A stretch of DNA of 64,000 bases from Octopus vulgaris (GCA_951406725.2 OX597828.1:14012001-14076000), one strand, 5' to 3'; positions 1 to 14,686 are shown, numbered from the stretch's first letter. A program made the numbers and translations. Notes: generated by a model not told the origin, from the letters alone.

Positions 1-214
1 ATTCCTATTGCATCTTTATAATTGAATATTATTAGGACTTGTATAAAAATAATTCTGAAAATTATTTTGTGTATTGTAAAAGTTTGATCAATTTATTGTA
101 CATAAATTTTAACAACAAAATCTTATATGAACTCCCAATGGTCATATGGACCCCCAAGGGCCGTAGTGACCCCCACCTCCGAGGGGTCGTATGAACCCCG
201 GCTGAGAACCATTG
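1..214. mobile_element. End of a hAT-like (Charlie-type) non-autonomous DNA transposon
   Basis: Ends in GGCTGAGAACCATTG (resembles the GGTTGAGAACCACTG hAT terminus), preceded by GACCCC/GGGGTC subterminal motifs and followed by ATGTAGAC; other end not in window. Confidence 0.5.
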
Positions 215-299
215 ATGTAGACTAATATAAAAAGTTCTACTGATTACAGAAATGCTCGCGAACATAATACCATCGTCTTCATTTCTTTGTTAACTTTTA

Positions 300-770
300 T
301 ATCATCATCATCATCATCATCCTCGTTCAACGTCCTCCTTCCATGCTGGCATGGGTTGGACGGTTTGACAGACGCTGGCCAGGCAGAAGATTGCGCCATA
401 CTTCTGAGTCTGTTTTGACATGGTTTTTTATGGCTCGATGCTCTTCCTAACACCAACCACCCCGCAGAGTGGGCTGAGTGCTTTTTACGTGGCATCAACA
501 CAGCCAAGGTCAGTTCAGGCATGTTTTTTTTTTACAGCTGGATGCCCTTCCAAATGCCAACCACTTTAGACTGTGGACTGGATGCTTTGTAAGTGACACC
601 GGCACTGGCAGAGTAACCAACTAACTTGCAAGACAAGGAACCTTTGAGAGGGGAGGGACATTGGAGGAGGTGATCTTGTGCCAGAGAATGAAAGTTTAGA
701 CTGTGACAGAAAGACAGAGACAGAAACAAATGCCTTGCTGTAGAGGAGGTACATGGTTATCCAGTCAGAG
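300..770 (-). mobile_element. RTE-LINE-tail-related SINE-like repeat (family D) with (CAT)n tail
   Basis: (CAT)n-CGTTYAACGTCC...TTCCATGCTGGCATGGGTTGGACGG..GGATGCCCTTCC recurs at about 46820, 47580, 51000-51155 (opposite strand), 54705, 59860, 60120 and 62500. Confidence 0.55.
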
Positions 771-771
771 A

Positions 772-829
<58 letters not shown>

Positions 830-1219
830 GAGAGGTGTACTAATCTCCTGATTGGTAATTTCCTCGGAATTACAGTTCGTATGGCACGTTGCTTGGATTA
901 ACGGAATACTTATTCACCGATTTTCTTACCTACACATTCTGTAAACCAGAATCCTCAATGGAGTGCTGACTTGGTATTCACATGGATTCCCTAAAGTATC
1001 GAAGCTCTGTGCATGTGTGTGTGTGTGTGCGTGCGTGTGCGTATGCCTGTGTGTATGTTCGTTCTTCTCTTTCTCTTTTTAATTTAGAATAAATTTTGAC
1101 CGACCACCAAACTTGGTAGCGAGTTTGTAAAGAAAAGTGTCTTGTTTTAACCATCATCCTTTAAATCTCAACGTCTTCCAGATTTTTATAGTTCTACATA
1201 ACGCAATCATTTGTTACGT

Positions 1220-1264
1220 TGTATGTATGTATATATGTATGTATTATGTATGTATGTATGTATG

Positions 1265-1298
<34 letters not shown>

Positions 1299-1365
1299 TG
1301 TATGTATGTATGTATGTATGTATGTATGTACGTACGTATGTATGTATGTATGTATGTATGTATGT
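1220..1365. repeat. (GTAT)n microsatellite
   Basis: Direct tandem tetranucleotide; representative of dozens of (TA)n, (CA)n, (GATA)n, (TAG)n, (TTA)n and (CAT)n tracts that generate the spurious ORFs. Confidence 0.95.
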
Positions 1366-2310
1366 TTACAGACAATGGATGAGAGCTGGGTACAGAAAAC
1401 ACATAGTATGGGAAACACATGTTTGAAATGTGCAAAAAGTCCAAGCTTCTTGAAACAGCTGGTGAGTTAAGAAATTACATATTTTCTTATTTTATTCTGT
1501 AAGTTTATTCCTTTACGCAGAAGAGTAGCAGTCCATAAAAAACAGATAAATCTTCCACAATATTGTAAAATTCCACTCAGTGGCCACATAGACTCTTGCG
1601 CTAGAAATAACAATCTCAAATTTCTTATATTCCCTTTCTATCGATGTAAAGACAGAACCTCTACACATGAAAGAATCAAGAAGGAGAATCTTTTTATTGA
1701 AAAATTCCAGACGCTTCTTAAAATGCAAACTCCATGGTGACCGTATTCCTTTTCCTAGCCTTATATTAAATATATATACATGTATTTAATAATATATATT
1801 AAATACATATATATTTGTTACTTGTATTTCTAAGAACAGACAGAAGCATCCTGTTGAAAAAAAATTCAACATTCCAATTAAAGAGTATAAAACCCACAGA
1901 ATTGTCTCCCCTTATCCACAGGGACTGCAAAACTCCTACCCCACTTCCTGTTTGACACATAAACATCCAACCTTCTCGAACAAAAAACTACACTTAAACA
2001 CATGCATCCTAATCCTTCAAACAAGTTTTTCCATGGAATACTATTGAACTTTAAAAGCTTAAAGACAGAATGATGTATTGGTATGTTTATTTATTTTTGT
2101 ATATATTCATTATAATTGTTTTGAAAAAGCATTATTTTTCCCCCCTTTCTTATCTTGAAAATTTGCCATGCAATGAAAGTCGGTTTGAAATCCTTTTTAA
2201 TCTTGCTTACACTTTATTTATATTAAAATTTCCTTTCAGTTTAGCATTCTGCCTTCTTCTTATTATTTTTTCCTTTCCTTACATACGTATGTATATATGT
2301 GTGTGTACAC

Positions 2311-2369
<59 letters not shown>

Positions 2370-2444
2370 TTGAGTTGTGGGGTATCGCACGAGTGGGATT
2401 ATATATGAAAAAAGGTTTGAAAATGCAATTTAAACGATGTTTAT

Positions 2445-2490
2445 TTACTTAACCGGTTTCACTCTTTGTTAAAAAGATTGTCAAAAGTAA
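2445..2490 (-). ncRNA. Minimal type I hammerhead ribozyme motif, U3-A8 core variant
   Basis: Minus strand: TTACTT-TTGACAA-TCTTTTTAACAAAGAGT-GAAA-CCGG-TT-AAGTAA; 6-bp stem I, palindromic CCGG stem III loop, AATAAA overlapping the 3' end. Confidence 0.6.
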
Positions 2491-3243
2491 CATTGAATAT
2501 TATGGGTTCAAAAAAAGTTTTTTACATAATTGTCACATTGAATATTATGAATTCAAAAATGTTTTTTTATACATAATTGTCACATTACATGTATAAATAT
2601 AGTATAAAAAAGTTCAATAGTGTGATGAGAATATTTGGAAAAATTGGCAGAAAAGAATAAAACAAATATATTATTGGAAATTTGGTTGCGTTAATTATTG
2701 GTTGTCGCAAATTGTCACATTACATGTATATATATACAGTCTTTGGTAGAAATGACATGTTAAAGACATAAGGAAGTGTAATAGTTTGGTGAGAAAGCTT
2801 GTAATATTGACAGAGAAAATTAAAATGGATATTTTAGACATCTCAGAATATTTTGAATCGAAGGCGAGAATTTGTTTTTTACTGACCTGTTTGTTTTAGC
2901 AGAAAAGTTGAATTGAGAGAAAAAAAAGATATGTACCCAATTTGGTTTATACTTCCCCTTCAAGCATCAGTGACTTTGGGGTTATTGGGAGGTGAGTATG
3001 CGGGTGTGAATAGATGTGTCCGTGTGCCTGCTGGTCAGACAGCGTCTGTTTGTCACACACATATATACACACACACACACAACAACAATACACACACACA
3101 CATAGTATACACACACACACCACATACACACAACACACACACACACAGAACACACACACACACAACGCACCCACATATATAATATATACACACAGCACAC
3201 AAATATAACATGTATTTATATATAATATACACACATATATAAA

Positions 3244-3293
<50 letters not shown>

Positions 3294-4090
3294 CACACGC
3301 ACACATATATACATAATATAAATATCACACAAATACACCTAGCATATATATACACATACAATACACATACACAGCATGTATATAATACACATACACAATA
3401 TATGCATGCAATATACATACGCAATACATACATATAATATATATATATATAGACAATGCATATACATATATACATATATACATATAAATAGTGTTTACAT
3501 ACACATACATAGATATACCACATATACACACAATATACATACATACAATGCATACACATACACGTACGCATACATATAAAATATATAGACACACACACAC
3601 ATAACATACATACACAATGCATACATATATATACACGCAACGTATATATACATGTATTCATGTATATATAGCACACTTACAATATACATATATACAATGC
3701 ACACATACACACATATATACACTTAATTGTACACATACATATACAATACACATACATACAATATACATATACACAATGCGCATGCAAATAATGCACATGT
3801 TTATACACCCATATACATGAAAATATATATACACACACACACATACACACACACATATATATATATACACATATATATATATATATACACATATACATAC
3901 ATACATACATGCACATACATATATTTTTTCACACACATACACACACATATATATATAAAATTCACACACACACCCACACACACAAAATACAAACCTATAG
4001 TGTACACACTCAAATATATCTCTACATACCGCACACACACGCAAACAATGTACTCACATATACACACATACCATGCATATACACACACAG

Positions 4091-4122
<32 letters not shown>

Positions 4123-4545
4123 AACAAATACACATGTAAATACATACACTCGTACACAATGCTCACACACACACACATACACACACACACGCACACAGTG
4201 CACACACACACACATATATACACACGTGCACACACACACACACAACGCGCGCACACACACACACATACACACACGCACACAGTGCACACACACACACACA
4301 CATAAACACACGCGCACACACACACACACACAACGTGCACACTCACACACACACACACAACACTCACACACATACATAACCTACATATATATAATGCATG
4401 CGTGTGCGTGCCACGTATGTGTGCGGTCAATGCCCGCTAGTGTGTCCTATGCGTGCCGATGCGCGCATGTGCCCACCCGCACGATATGCTGTGAGTGTGC
4501 GCGTGCCCCTGTGTGCCTGCTCTGGATGTGTGCCCAGGGGGTATG

Positions 4546-4905
4546 TTAGAGTATGTTTAGTTGTGGTCTGTATTTTTGAATAAGATTACTTTCCTTATTT
4601 ATTCGTGTTTGGTCTGTGGTGTTGTCCGAGCATTGGTATAGTGGGAAGACTAAGAATTTGGGGGACTTATTGTGTGCACAAAGGTCTAAGTGTCCACTTA
4701 GTGGTATCTGTCTTGTGGAGGGGTCCCTCAGTTGTTGTCGGTGAACTGTCATTCTTTCTCTGAGGGTAAGGCTCGTTTGCCCTATGTAGTCTTCGTGGCA
4801 TCCTTCACACCTTATGACGTAGAGTAAATTTTTTGATGCGCACGTGAAATTATTTTTTATGATGAATGTGTGTCCCGAGTGGAACTTGTACGACGATCCC
4901 TCGTG
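4546..4905 (-). pseudogene. Penelope-type GIY-YIG endonuclease domain (C-terminal fragment)
   Basis: FTCASKNLLYVIRCEGCHEDYIGQTSLTLRERMTVHRQ...HL...RINKESNLIQKYRPQLN; the first ~40 aa of the listed ORF come from the inverted pLTR. Confidence 0.88.
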
Positions 4906-5467
4906 ACAAACAGACGCTGTCTGACCAGCAGGCACACGGACACATCTATTCACACCCGCATACTCACCTCCCAATAACCCCAAAGTCACTGATGCTTGAA
5001 GGGGAAGTATAAACCAAATTGGGTACATATCTTTTTTTCTCTCAATTCAACTTTTCTGCTAAAACAAACAGGTCAGTAAAAAACAAATTCTCGCCTTCGA
5101 TTCAAAATATTCTGAGATGTCTAAAATATCCATTTTAATTTTCTCTGTCAATATTACAAGCTTTCTCACCAAACTATTACACTTCCTTATGTCTTTAACA
5201 TGTCATTTCTACCAAAGACTGTATATATATACATGTAATGTGACAATTTGCGACAACCAATAATTAACGCAACCAAATTTCCAATAATATATTTGTTTTA
5301 TTCTTTTCTGCCAATTTTTCCAAATATTCTCATCACACTATTGAACTTTTTTATACTATATTTATACATGTAATGTGACAATTATGTATAAAAAAACATT
5401 TTTGAATTCATAATATTCAATGTGACAATTATGTAAAAAACTTTTTTTGAACCCATAATATTCAATG

Positions 5468-5513
5468 TTACTTTTGACAATCTTTTTAACAAAGAGTGAA
5501 ACCGGTTAAGTAA
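5468..5513 (+). ncRNA. Minimal type I hammerhead motif (inverted copy of 2445-2490)
   Basis: Same sequence as the 2445-2490 motif, in the inverted arm. Confidence 0.6.
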
Positions 5514-5547
5514 ATAAACATCGTTTAAATTGCATTTTCAAACCTTT

Positions 5548-5599
<52 letters not shown>

Positions 5600-5649
5600 A
5601 TATAGATATGTATATATATGTATATATTTGTGTGTGAGTGTGTACATTT

Positions 5650-5721
<72 letters not shown>

Positions 5722-6092
5722 TGTATAGACATCAAAAAAATAAATCCACAGTAATTTAGTGTTCAATTAGTAACAAGTTGTTAAACTCCAACATATTATT
5801 ACATTGCAATAAATCCAACAAGAACCGACTTGTGTGTAAATACATAATTTACGAAAACAATCAGAAAAACAAAAATTTGACATACAGTTTATAATTGTGT
5901 CCAACAGCTGTTTCACTGAGAGAGATGTCATTAAATGTATAATCATATAATTTTGACACATAATTTATCATTTTAAATTGAATTCAAGGATTGTGCTCAC
6001 ACAAATCACCGAGAATAGTGTGTGTTATGTTAATTATAAAACTGTTACTAGTTTAAGTACATAGACAGGGAATATATACAAGGATATATTTA

Positions 6093-6127
<35 letters not shown>

Positions 6128-6214
6128 TGTATGTATGTATGTATGTATGTATGAGTGTATGTATGTATGTGTTTGTATATATATATATATATAATATTTA
6201 TAAAAGGGAGGATG

Positions 6215-6258
<44 letters not shown>

Positions 6259-6890
6259 TGATTGTAATTTATGCACATCCACAAATTAGCACGCATGTCG
6301 CTCAAATTTTAGGACGACATTTGTCAACATCCTATCTGGGTTTTGTCAACTTATTTTTTTCCCGAGGCACCCGCGGATAGGGTAAAAATCTGTTTTCAAC
6401 CATAGCTTTTAACCATAACAAATATCAGCCATTGCTTTTTTGCCAGCGTCTAACAAAAAAAAGATAAAGAAAAGTGGAAGAAGGAGGCAGAGAGTTTCAC
6501 GGGAAAGACAAAGTGAGAGAGCGAGAGAGAGTAAGTGACTACGTTCATAAAAAGTAAAATGTAAAATGTTTTGTTTTTTGTTTTTGAAAGGCACACTATA
6601 TTTTATAATCATAGTATATATATTTTCCCACGCATACATACATGCATGTACACATTTTAGGATGGTCGTTGACTGCTCATGAGCTCTTCTGCCCTTTGAC
6701 AGGTCTTATTTTACGTCCTGCAATGTCTCCAACAATCACAGTCCTCACCAAGCAAGGTTGATTGGGTTACCAGTTTAGTCGCCGATGACCCGACCAAGCA
6801 AAAGGCTGTACTGGGTTATATGTTACCATTAGGGCCCAGGCTCAGATCAAGGTTTAATATCTACTCTTATCAGTTTGATATATATATATA

Positions 6891-6953
<63 letters not shown>

Positions 6954-7059
6954 GGAATATAATTCCCAAACTTACAGGGAAAAGTTCAATTTAGCAAATT
7001 TAAAATCTAATTTCAAATTTGCTAAATTGAATTTATATATTTCACAATATATAATATAT

Positions 7060-7858
7060 ATATATATATATATAATTTAGGGAAAAAACACTATTAAACA
7101 ATTAAAAAAAGAAAGATGTTATAGAAAACATATACTACATAAAAAATCATATTTTAATTCAATAAAGTACAATAAATAGTAAATAGTAATAAAAAAGCTA
7201 CGCACGTTTCATGGCTACATTTTCAAATAGATAATAATAATAATAAAATCAATTCGATTCAAAATTAATCGAACTAAAATTAATTCTATTTAAAAATGTA
7301 GTCACTCATCAGGTCTAAGATAATAAATAATAATAAAATAAATGTACTTATCTTAACTTATGCTAATTATCAAATAAATATATTAAAAATACTTGTATTA
7401 ACTATAAATAATCGAAAAAATTTAAAAGTATTTCTCAAAATAAAAATATAACTTATATTTTCGAAGGCTTTTAAGAAATATTGTTAAATACTTTTTGATT
7501 ATTTATGGTTAATACACGTATTTTTAATATATTTATTTGATAATTAGCATAAGTTAAGACAAGAACATTTATTTTATTATTATCATTTATCATTTATTAT
7601 CTTAGAACTGATGAGTGACTATATTTTTAAATAGAATTAATTTTAGTTCGATTAATTTTGAATCGAATTGATTTTATTATTATCTATTTGAAAATATAGC
7701 CATGAAGCGTGCGTAGTCTTTTTACTACTATTTACTGTTTATTGTACTTTATTGAATTAAAATAAGGTTTTTTTATAGTATATGTTTTCTATATGGTGTG
7801 AATAACATCTTTCTTTATTGAATTAATAGTGTTTTTCTCTAAATTATATATATATATA
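7060..7858. mobile_element. AT-rich fold-back element (Penelope pLTR-like) carrying two inverted hammerhead motifs
   Basis: About 7060-7450 is the diverged reverse complement of about 7460-7858; (TA)n at both ends; CTGATGAG...GAAAC at 7195-7316 (-) and a GAAG-mutated copy at 7604-7719 (+). Confidence 0.7.
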
Positions 7859-7954
7859 GTTGGAATTTACAAAAAAAACAAAACAAAAGATGAAGACGGC
7901 TGTGTAAACAACAAACAGATGTATTAGTTTAACGCTTGGGAAGTGAGAAAGTCA

Positions 7955-7987
7955 TTTACGTTTCGAGCCTACGCTCTTCAACAGAAA
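7955..7987 (-). ncRNA. Minimal hammerhead-like motif (CUGUUGA-A-GAGCGUAGGCUC-GAAA-CG-UA)
   Basis: Stem II GAGC/GCTC followed by GAAACGTA; same family at 33400-33433 (-) and, degenerate, at 33056-33090 (+). Confidence 0.45.
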
Positions 7988-8357
7988 GGAACACAGAAAT
8001 AAGCAGGGAGGAAATAAAAAAGGGTTAGTGGCTAGCGATCAATCAAGTCGAATGCCGGACAGAAGTGGTCAGACAGGGGAGCTAGGAAGAAGGAGAGATA
8101 AAAAAAAAGTAGTGGTGATCCCAAAACGAAGGTACGCGTGCGTGTGTATGTGAGAGCGTGTATGTGAGAGCGTGTGTGCGTGTGTTTGTGTGGATAGGTG
8201 CTTCTGACCTTGAGGTGTGCGTGTGTGCATGTGTAGGTGTGTGGATGATGGTGTGGGTGCTGGGAAGTGGTCAGTGCCAGTGTGTGCGAGGTGGTGTGAC
8301 GTGGTGTGGTGATGTGGTAGTGTAGTGGTGTGTGGTGTGATGTGGCAAGATGTAGTA

Positions 8358-8565
8358 AGGCGTCGAGCTGGCAGAAACGTTAGCACGCCGGGCGAAATGC
8401 ATAGCGGTATTTCGTCTATCTTTACGTTCTGAGTTCGAATTCCGCCGAGTTCGACTTTGCCTTTCATCCTTTCGGGGTCGATAAATTAAGTACCAGTTAC
8501 GCACTGGGGTCGATGTAATCGACTTAATCCGTTGGTCTGTCCTTGTTTGTCCCCTCTGTGTTTAA
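8358..8565 (+). mobile_element. tRNA-derived SINE family A (Nin/Deu-like central domain)
   Basis: A-box-like GAGCTGGCAGAAACG, B-box GAGTTCGAATTCC, then GCCTTTCATCCTTTCGGGGTCGATAAA..AGTACCAG; more than 20 copies in window. Confidence 0.8.
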
Positions 8566-8697
8566 ATAAGTTTCACCTGTATAAAGATACAGGAGTATGT
8601 GTGTATATATATGTGTGTTACATGAATTGTACTGATATAGAATATTTGTGTGCGAGTGTGTATGTATGTATATTTAAATTTCGCTTGAAAATGTGTT

Positions 8698-8737
<40 letters not shown>

Positions 8738-8833
8738 ATTTCAGATTTATATATGCGTGTGTGTGTGTGTGCTTCCTTGCGTGCGCGAATGTGTGTGTAT
8801 GTATATTTAAATTTCGCTAGAAAATGTGTTTGT

Positions 8834-8877
<44 letters not shown>

Positions 8878-9071
8878 ATTATATGTTTCACATTTATATA
8901 TGAGTGCGTACATGTGTGTGTTTGCACATGCGTATGTGCGTATGTGCGTTGGTGTATGTTTCAGTTTCACTTTTGAAATACGCGTTACAAATAAATTTCA
9001 CCTTTACGATATGTGCGTGTTGGTATGAGTACGTTTGAGTGTGTAGATATGTGAGTGTGCATGTATACGTA

Positions 9072-9134
<63 letters not shown>

Positions 9135-9431
9135 GCTATACATTTCAATAAGGTTGTCAGGTGCCAAGCGTTGCTATAGAAACTTCGCTGATTTTATTCA
9201 AATTTGCCATGTTTGACGATGTACTTAGTGTAAAGTTTCTGGTCGTGGTGGTGGGTGGGGGTGGGGGTAATTGTTCGTAATGGTTATAGTTGTTTAGCTG
9301 TTTGACTGGCTGGCTGGACGGATGGATGGACGGCTGGCTGGTTGGTTGGTTGGCTGGTTGGTCGGTTGGTTAACTGGGGAGATTGGTTCGTACGTTGGTA
9401 TTCTATGTAGAGAGGAAATAACCGACTGGTT

Positions 9432-10075
<644 letters not shown>

Positions 10076-11026
10076 GCATGAAAGGAGGACGGATGCATCG
10101 ATGGATGGACGGACGGGTGGATGGAAGAAGGGATAGACGGATGGGTCTTGTGATTTTCCTTCGAGCTATTATTGTCAATGCTTATGATGTAGTTGTTAAA
10201 TGTTGTTGTTGTTGTTGTTGTTGTTGTTGTGGTGGTGGTGGTGGTGGTGGTGGTGGTGGTGGATTAGTGGTGGTTGAAATCCTGATGGTAGTGAGACGAA
10301 TATGATGAAAGGTAGATTCGTTAATTTTAGTACTACTAATCGTAATAATAACAGTATACTATGAAACAGCAGTAATATAGTAACAGCACCATACTATATA
10401 GTATCGTATATGATAGTAACATAGATACTAGTAGCGGTAGTACAAACAAAGTATTTCTAGTAACGGTTGGTTGAACTAGTACTGTACTGTGGTTGACAGG
10501 TGTTGTTTGATACCAGGTTAGCTTTGATCGGGAGGATCTATGATCAAGGGTGTTCCAGCTGTGACCATCCCGTCTTTATCTAAGACAGTACGACCCCAGA
10601 ACTGCCGTATTCTAGCTTGTTCTTCTTTCATACCTAAAATAGTAGAATGTAAATCCGATTGAGATTCAGCTGCTATTTCTAGCATGTAGGGTGACAACGT
10701 AGAGATCCCCTCATTGGCTCTTGCATGGTACTCAAACATGGCAAGTTGTTGTTCTTCTTGTTTAGCTCTAGATCAACCCTGACTGAATAGCATTTCCGTG
10801 TTTAAAAGCGTTCCAGCCTTGACCATTTCGTCTTATTTGCATATGAGAGATAACATTGTCCAATGTGTCCTAACTTCTTTCAAAATAGTGATGTGTACGA
10901 TCTGAGGGAAATTTGGTTAGTCTTTCTAGCAGGTTGAGGAACGATGTAGAGAGTTTCCTGGCGTAATTACTGGTATTGATAGTGAGTGTATTATACTACT
11001 ACTATATTTGTATGGCATTCCTACAG

Positions 11027-11091
<65 letters not shown>

Positions 11092-11249
11092 GGTGATCAT
11101 GGTGGTGGTCGTGGTGGTGGTCGTGGTAGTGGTCGTGGTGGTCGTGGTGGTGGTCGTGGTGGTCGTAGTGGTGGTCGTGGTGGTCGTGGTTTTGGAGGTG
11201 GTGGTGGTGGTGGTGGTGGTGACGGCAGCGGTGATGGTGATGAGGTAGC

Positions 11250-11291
<42 letters not shown>

Positions 11292-12038
11292 CAGTAGTGG
11301 TGGTGGTGGTGGTGGGATGGTGATGGTGATGGTGATGGGGTAGCGGTGGTAGTAGTACTAGTAGTAGTAGTAGTAATAATAGTAGTAGTGGTGGTGGTGG
11401 TGGTAGTGGTAGTGGTGGTGGTGGTGGTATGATACGGCTACTATTGATGCGATGGAGGATCCTCCGTCGGCTTCGACGCTGAGTAACATGCAACTGGTGT
11501 TCGATCAACTAAGCAACAACCTACTCATTGGTTTTTCTTTTTTTTCTAATAGTGCAAGTGGCTGAGTACTCCACAGACACATGTACCTTTCACGTAAACC
11601 GCAAGTAAAAACAACATGTCATATACGAGTGTGTAACAGGACTGGCTCTCTTTCGATAACGGTACAATCCATTCGACAGTCCCTCCCCCACCGTCACCAC
11701 CTGCCCTACCCAGTGTTTCCAAACCTGTCCCCCACCCCGGTTCCCACAATAACTTTCTAGAAAAACGTATGCCCCACTGGCGGTTGGGAAAAAACAAGTT
11801 CATTTTTTTAATATCTAATCATTAATATCTAATCACAATAAGGTGGTGAGATGGCAGAATCGTTACCACGCCGGACAGAGTGCTTTGCAGCATTTCGTCC
11901 GTCTACGCGTTCTAAGTTCAAATTCCGCCGAAATCGTCTTAGCCCCCCCACCCCCCGAAACTGCTGGCCTCGTGCCAAAATTTGAAACCAATGTTCTGTC
12001 ACAATTATTTAATACAAAAGGGTCTACTGAGTTTGTCA

Positions 12039-12205
12039 GGCGCAGGAGTGGCAGTGTGGTAAGTAGCTTGCTTACCAACCACATGGTTCCGGGTTCATTC
12101 CCACTGCGTGGCACCTTGGACAAGTGTCTTCTACTATAGCCTCGGGCCGACCAAAGTCTTGTGAGTGGATTTGGTAGACGGAAACTGAAAGAAGCCCGTC
12201 GTATA
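12039..12205 (+). mobile_element. tRNA-derived SINE family B (CORE-like GCACCTTGGGCAAGTG domain)
   Basis: GGCGCAGGAGTGGC..GTGGTAAG A box and GGTTCA.TCCC B box; copies at about 13830, 17720, 38974, 45485-45900(-), 46050(-), 52715, 58270(-), 61085, 61315 and 63340. Confidence 0.75.
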
Positions 12206-12226
12206 TATGTATATATGTGTGTGTGT

Positions 12227-12272
<46 letters not shown>

Positions 12273-12282
12273 GTGTGTGTGT

Positions 12283-12315
<33 letters not shown>

Positions 12316-12742
12316 ATAGTCATAATCACGCGCATTTTGAAAGAAAACTGGTGGAATGTTCCTGTGAAGACTTCGATAAAATGTAAGAATAGCAAACCAA
12401 ACTTAGTGATCTGGAACAGAAAAAAGAAATTATCCACAGCGGTTGAACAGTTGGCCATTAGATGTTAACATAATGTTGAAAAATTAGTGGAAAAAACCCC
12501 CACATTTCTGCCGAACTAATGATAAATCTGAAGTTGCTCTGTCCAGACTATAGTTTTAGATTTCTACCAATTATTATTCGATGTCTTGGCTGTATAGATA
12601 CGTGAATAACTGCCTCGGTAACGAGCCTGAGAAGCAAGATTTCGTAAAACCAATAAGAACAGGCCTAATAAAGAGTATACAGCGATGAACTATTAAAGCC
12701 ACTGTCAAGATACGTTAGACAGTCAAGAGGTTTAGCATGTAA

Positions 12743-13541
12743 CTAGCAGCATAGCCCGGCGTTGCCCGGGTATGTAAGAGCCCCCTAGTAGGCAACGACT
12801 AATCCCAATCTAGTCTTTTCCCTCTAGGGAACGAAGGCGCATGTGTAGGTTGCAATGTCTTCTCTTCACTCCCAAATAACTATCAAACAGCTATCGATAA
12901 TTCAACCCAATTCCTACCAGGAAGAAATTACATTCGAGACTTTACCCTCAACACCGCCACTTCTGCTAATAGCTGCTGCAGCCGCAAGTTATTCGAATAC
13001 TTTTTTTGTTTACACTTTCTTTATAACTACCACCCCAAACGTTTTACCTTAAATTTTTGACGTACCCTAAGGGTCCTCGGACGCTACTTGCGAACTCTTG
13101 GTTTATTATAAACCGCTTTTGTCGAGTGCATCAAAAAACCTTTTCCATTCGTTTGTTCAGTTTGGTCACTTTTAACTTTTTCGTTGTTGTCACTCACATT
13201 GCTGCTCGCTTTTTTGCCGTTTTTGTACATTTTTATACATTTTGGGATACTTACCCCACGTGTTCCGAGAGTTTAAAAGGTCGAGTTGCGTCCCCTAGAT
13301 AGTCTGTAGAAAATGTGTTACATATAAAAAGCTTAGATTCTCGACCCATGTCGAATTTATCGATTTTTTTCAGAACTGGAAGAACTTTTCAAAATTTTCG
13401 CTGCGTTAGTTTTGAATTATGACATTGGGCTATGTGTGTGTCAAGTTTCATCAGAATCGGTTGAAAGCTGTGGTCAGGGTGAGGGTACAACCTGACAGAC
13501 ACACAGACACACAGACAAACTGCCGTTTATATATAGAGAGA
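12743..13541 (-). mobile_element. Non-autonomous Helitron
   Basis: Minus strand starts TCTCTCTATATATAAA and ends CCCGGGCAACGCCGGG hairpin...CTAG; inserted between A and T with no TSD. Confidence 0.8.
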
Positions 13542-14686
13542 TAAGTGGATATACACACGTTTAGACAGGCAAATATGTTTGTGTACACACTTTATGCAAT
13601 GACATGTATGGCTGCACTTATGTACGGGTATGTACAAAGGTAACATGCATCCTTATATGCATACATGTATATACGCATACTTATAAGTATACATACATGC
13701 ATACATTCATACATAAATAAATACATACATACATACATACATACACACACACATACATCCATACATACATACATACATACATACATACATACATACATAC
13801 ATACATACATACACACACACATATAGATACAGGTATGGCTGTAAGGTAAGAAGCTTGCTTCCAAACCACAAAGATCTGGGTTCAGTTCCACTACATGGCA
13901 CCTTGGGCAAGTATCTTTTACTACAGCCTTGGGGAGTCCAAAGCCCCTGAAATAGGTTTGGTAGACGAAAACCGAAAGAAACCCGTTGTATATATGTGTG
14001 TGGAGGTGTGGGGGTGTACGTGCATGCACGTGTGTGTGTGTGTACTTGTTTTTGAACCACTATCGCTTGACAACCGGTGCTGGTTTGTTTCAGACAACTA
14101 ACTTAACGGTTCAGCAAAAGAAAACGATAGAATAAGTACCAGACTTTGAATAAGAAGTACTGGGTATCGATTTGTTCAACTAAAAAACCCCTTCAAAGCA
14201 GTGCCCCAGCATGGCCGCAGTCCAATGGCTGAAACAAGTAAAAGATAAAAGACACATATAATCTTTTACTTGCTTCAGTCACTGGATTGCGGCCATGCTG
14301 GGGCACTGCGTTGACGGTCAACCCGAGGCTATAGTAAAAGATACTTGCCCAGGATACCGCGCAGTGGGACTGAGCCCGGGACCACGTAGTTATGAAATGT
14401 TAACTATAACACCAGAGCTGTTATCTCCGGACCATGATAATTCAAAATGGTTCTCCAGGTGTCGAACCCGACGAAATGCTTTGCACGATTTGCTGGAAAC
14501 ATTAACCGAAGAATATTGCAAGAAGCTGAAAATGTTGTATCAATCATCTCTGGCGAATGCATCCTCTTGTTCTTTCAGGTCATCTTTCTCTGATTTAACT
14601 CAGGGACCCATGAGAAACTTCCACGAGTGTAAAGCATGAACCTGGCATTCTATCGGAGTTGTTGACCGTTCATTTATTTATTCATA

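Larger units (their letters stand above)
2400..5557 (-). mobile_element. 5'-truncated Penelope-like retroelement with inverted pseudo-LTRs
   Basis: Near-identical inverted repeat of about 655 bp (2400-3056 vs 4903-5557) encloses a GIY-YIG ORF tail and a CA/TA-rich 3' region; both ends abut (TA)n. Confidence 0.85.

Noticed and set aside
1137-4430. Many long ORFs ([16 protein letters not shown], poly-X) here and throughout the window
   Set aside because: Stop-free frames of di-, tri- and tetranucleotide microsatellites; no splice or domain support
5895-5940. Half hammerhead (minus strand GAAACAGCTGTT); similar partial motif at about 37808-37860
   Set aside because: CUGANGA core and stem I are not intact; too degenerate to call
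11002-11508. RGG/Gly-Ser-rich ORF resembling an RNA-binding protein
   Set aside because: Entirely (TAG)n/(GGT)n microsatellite variants
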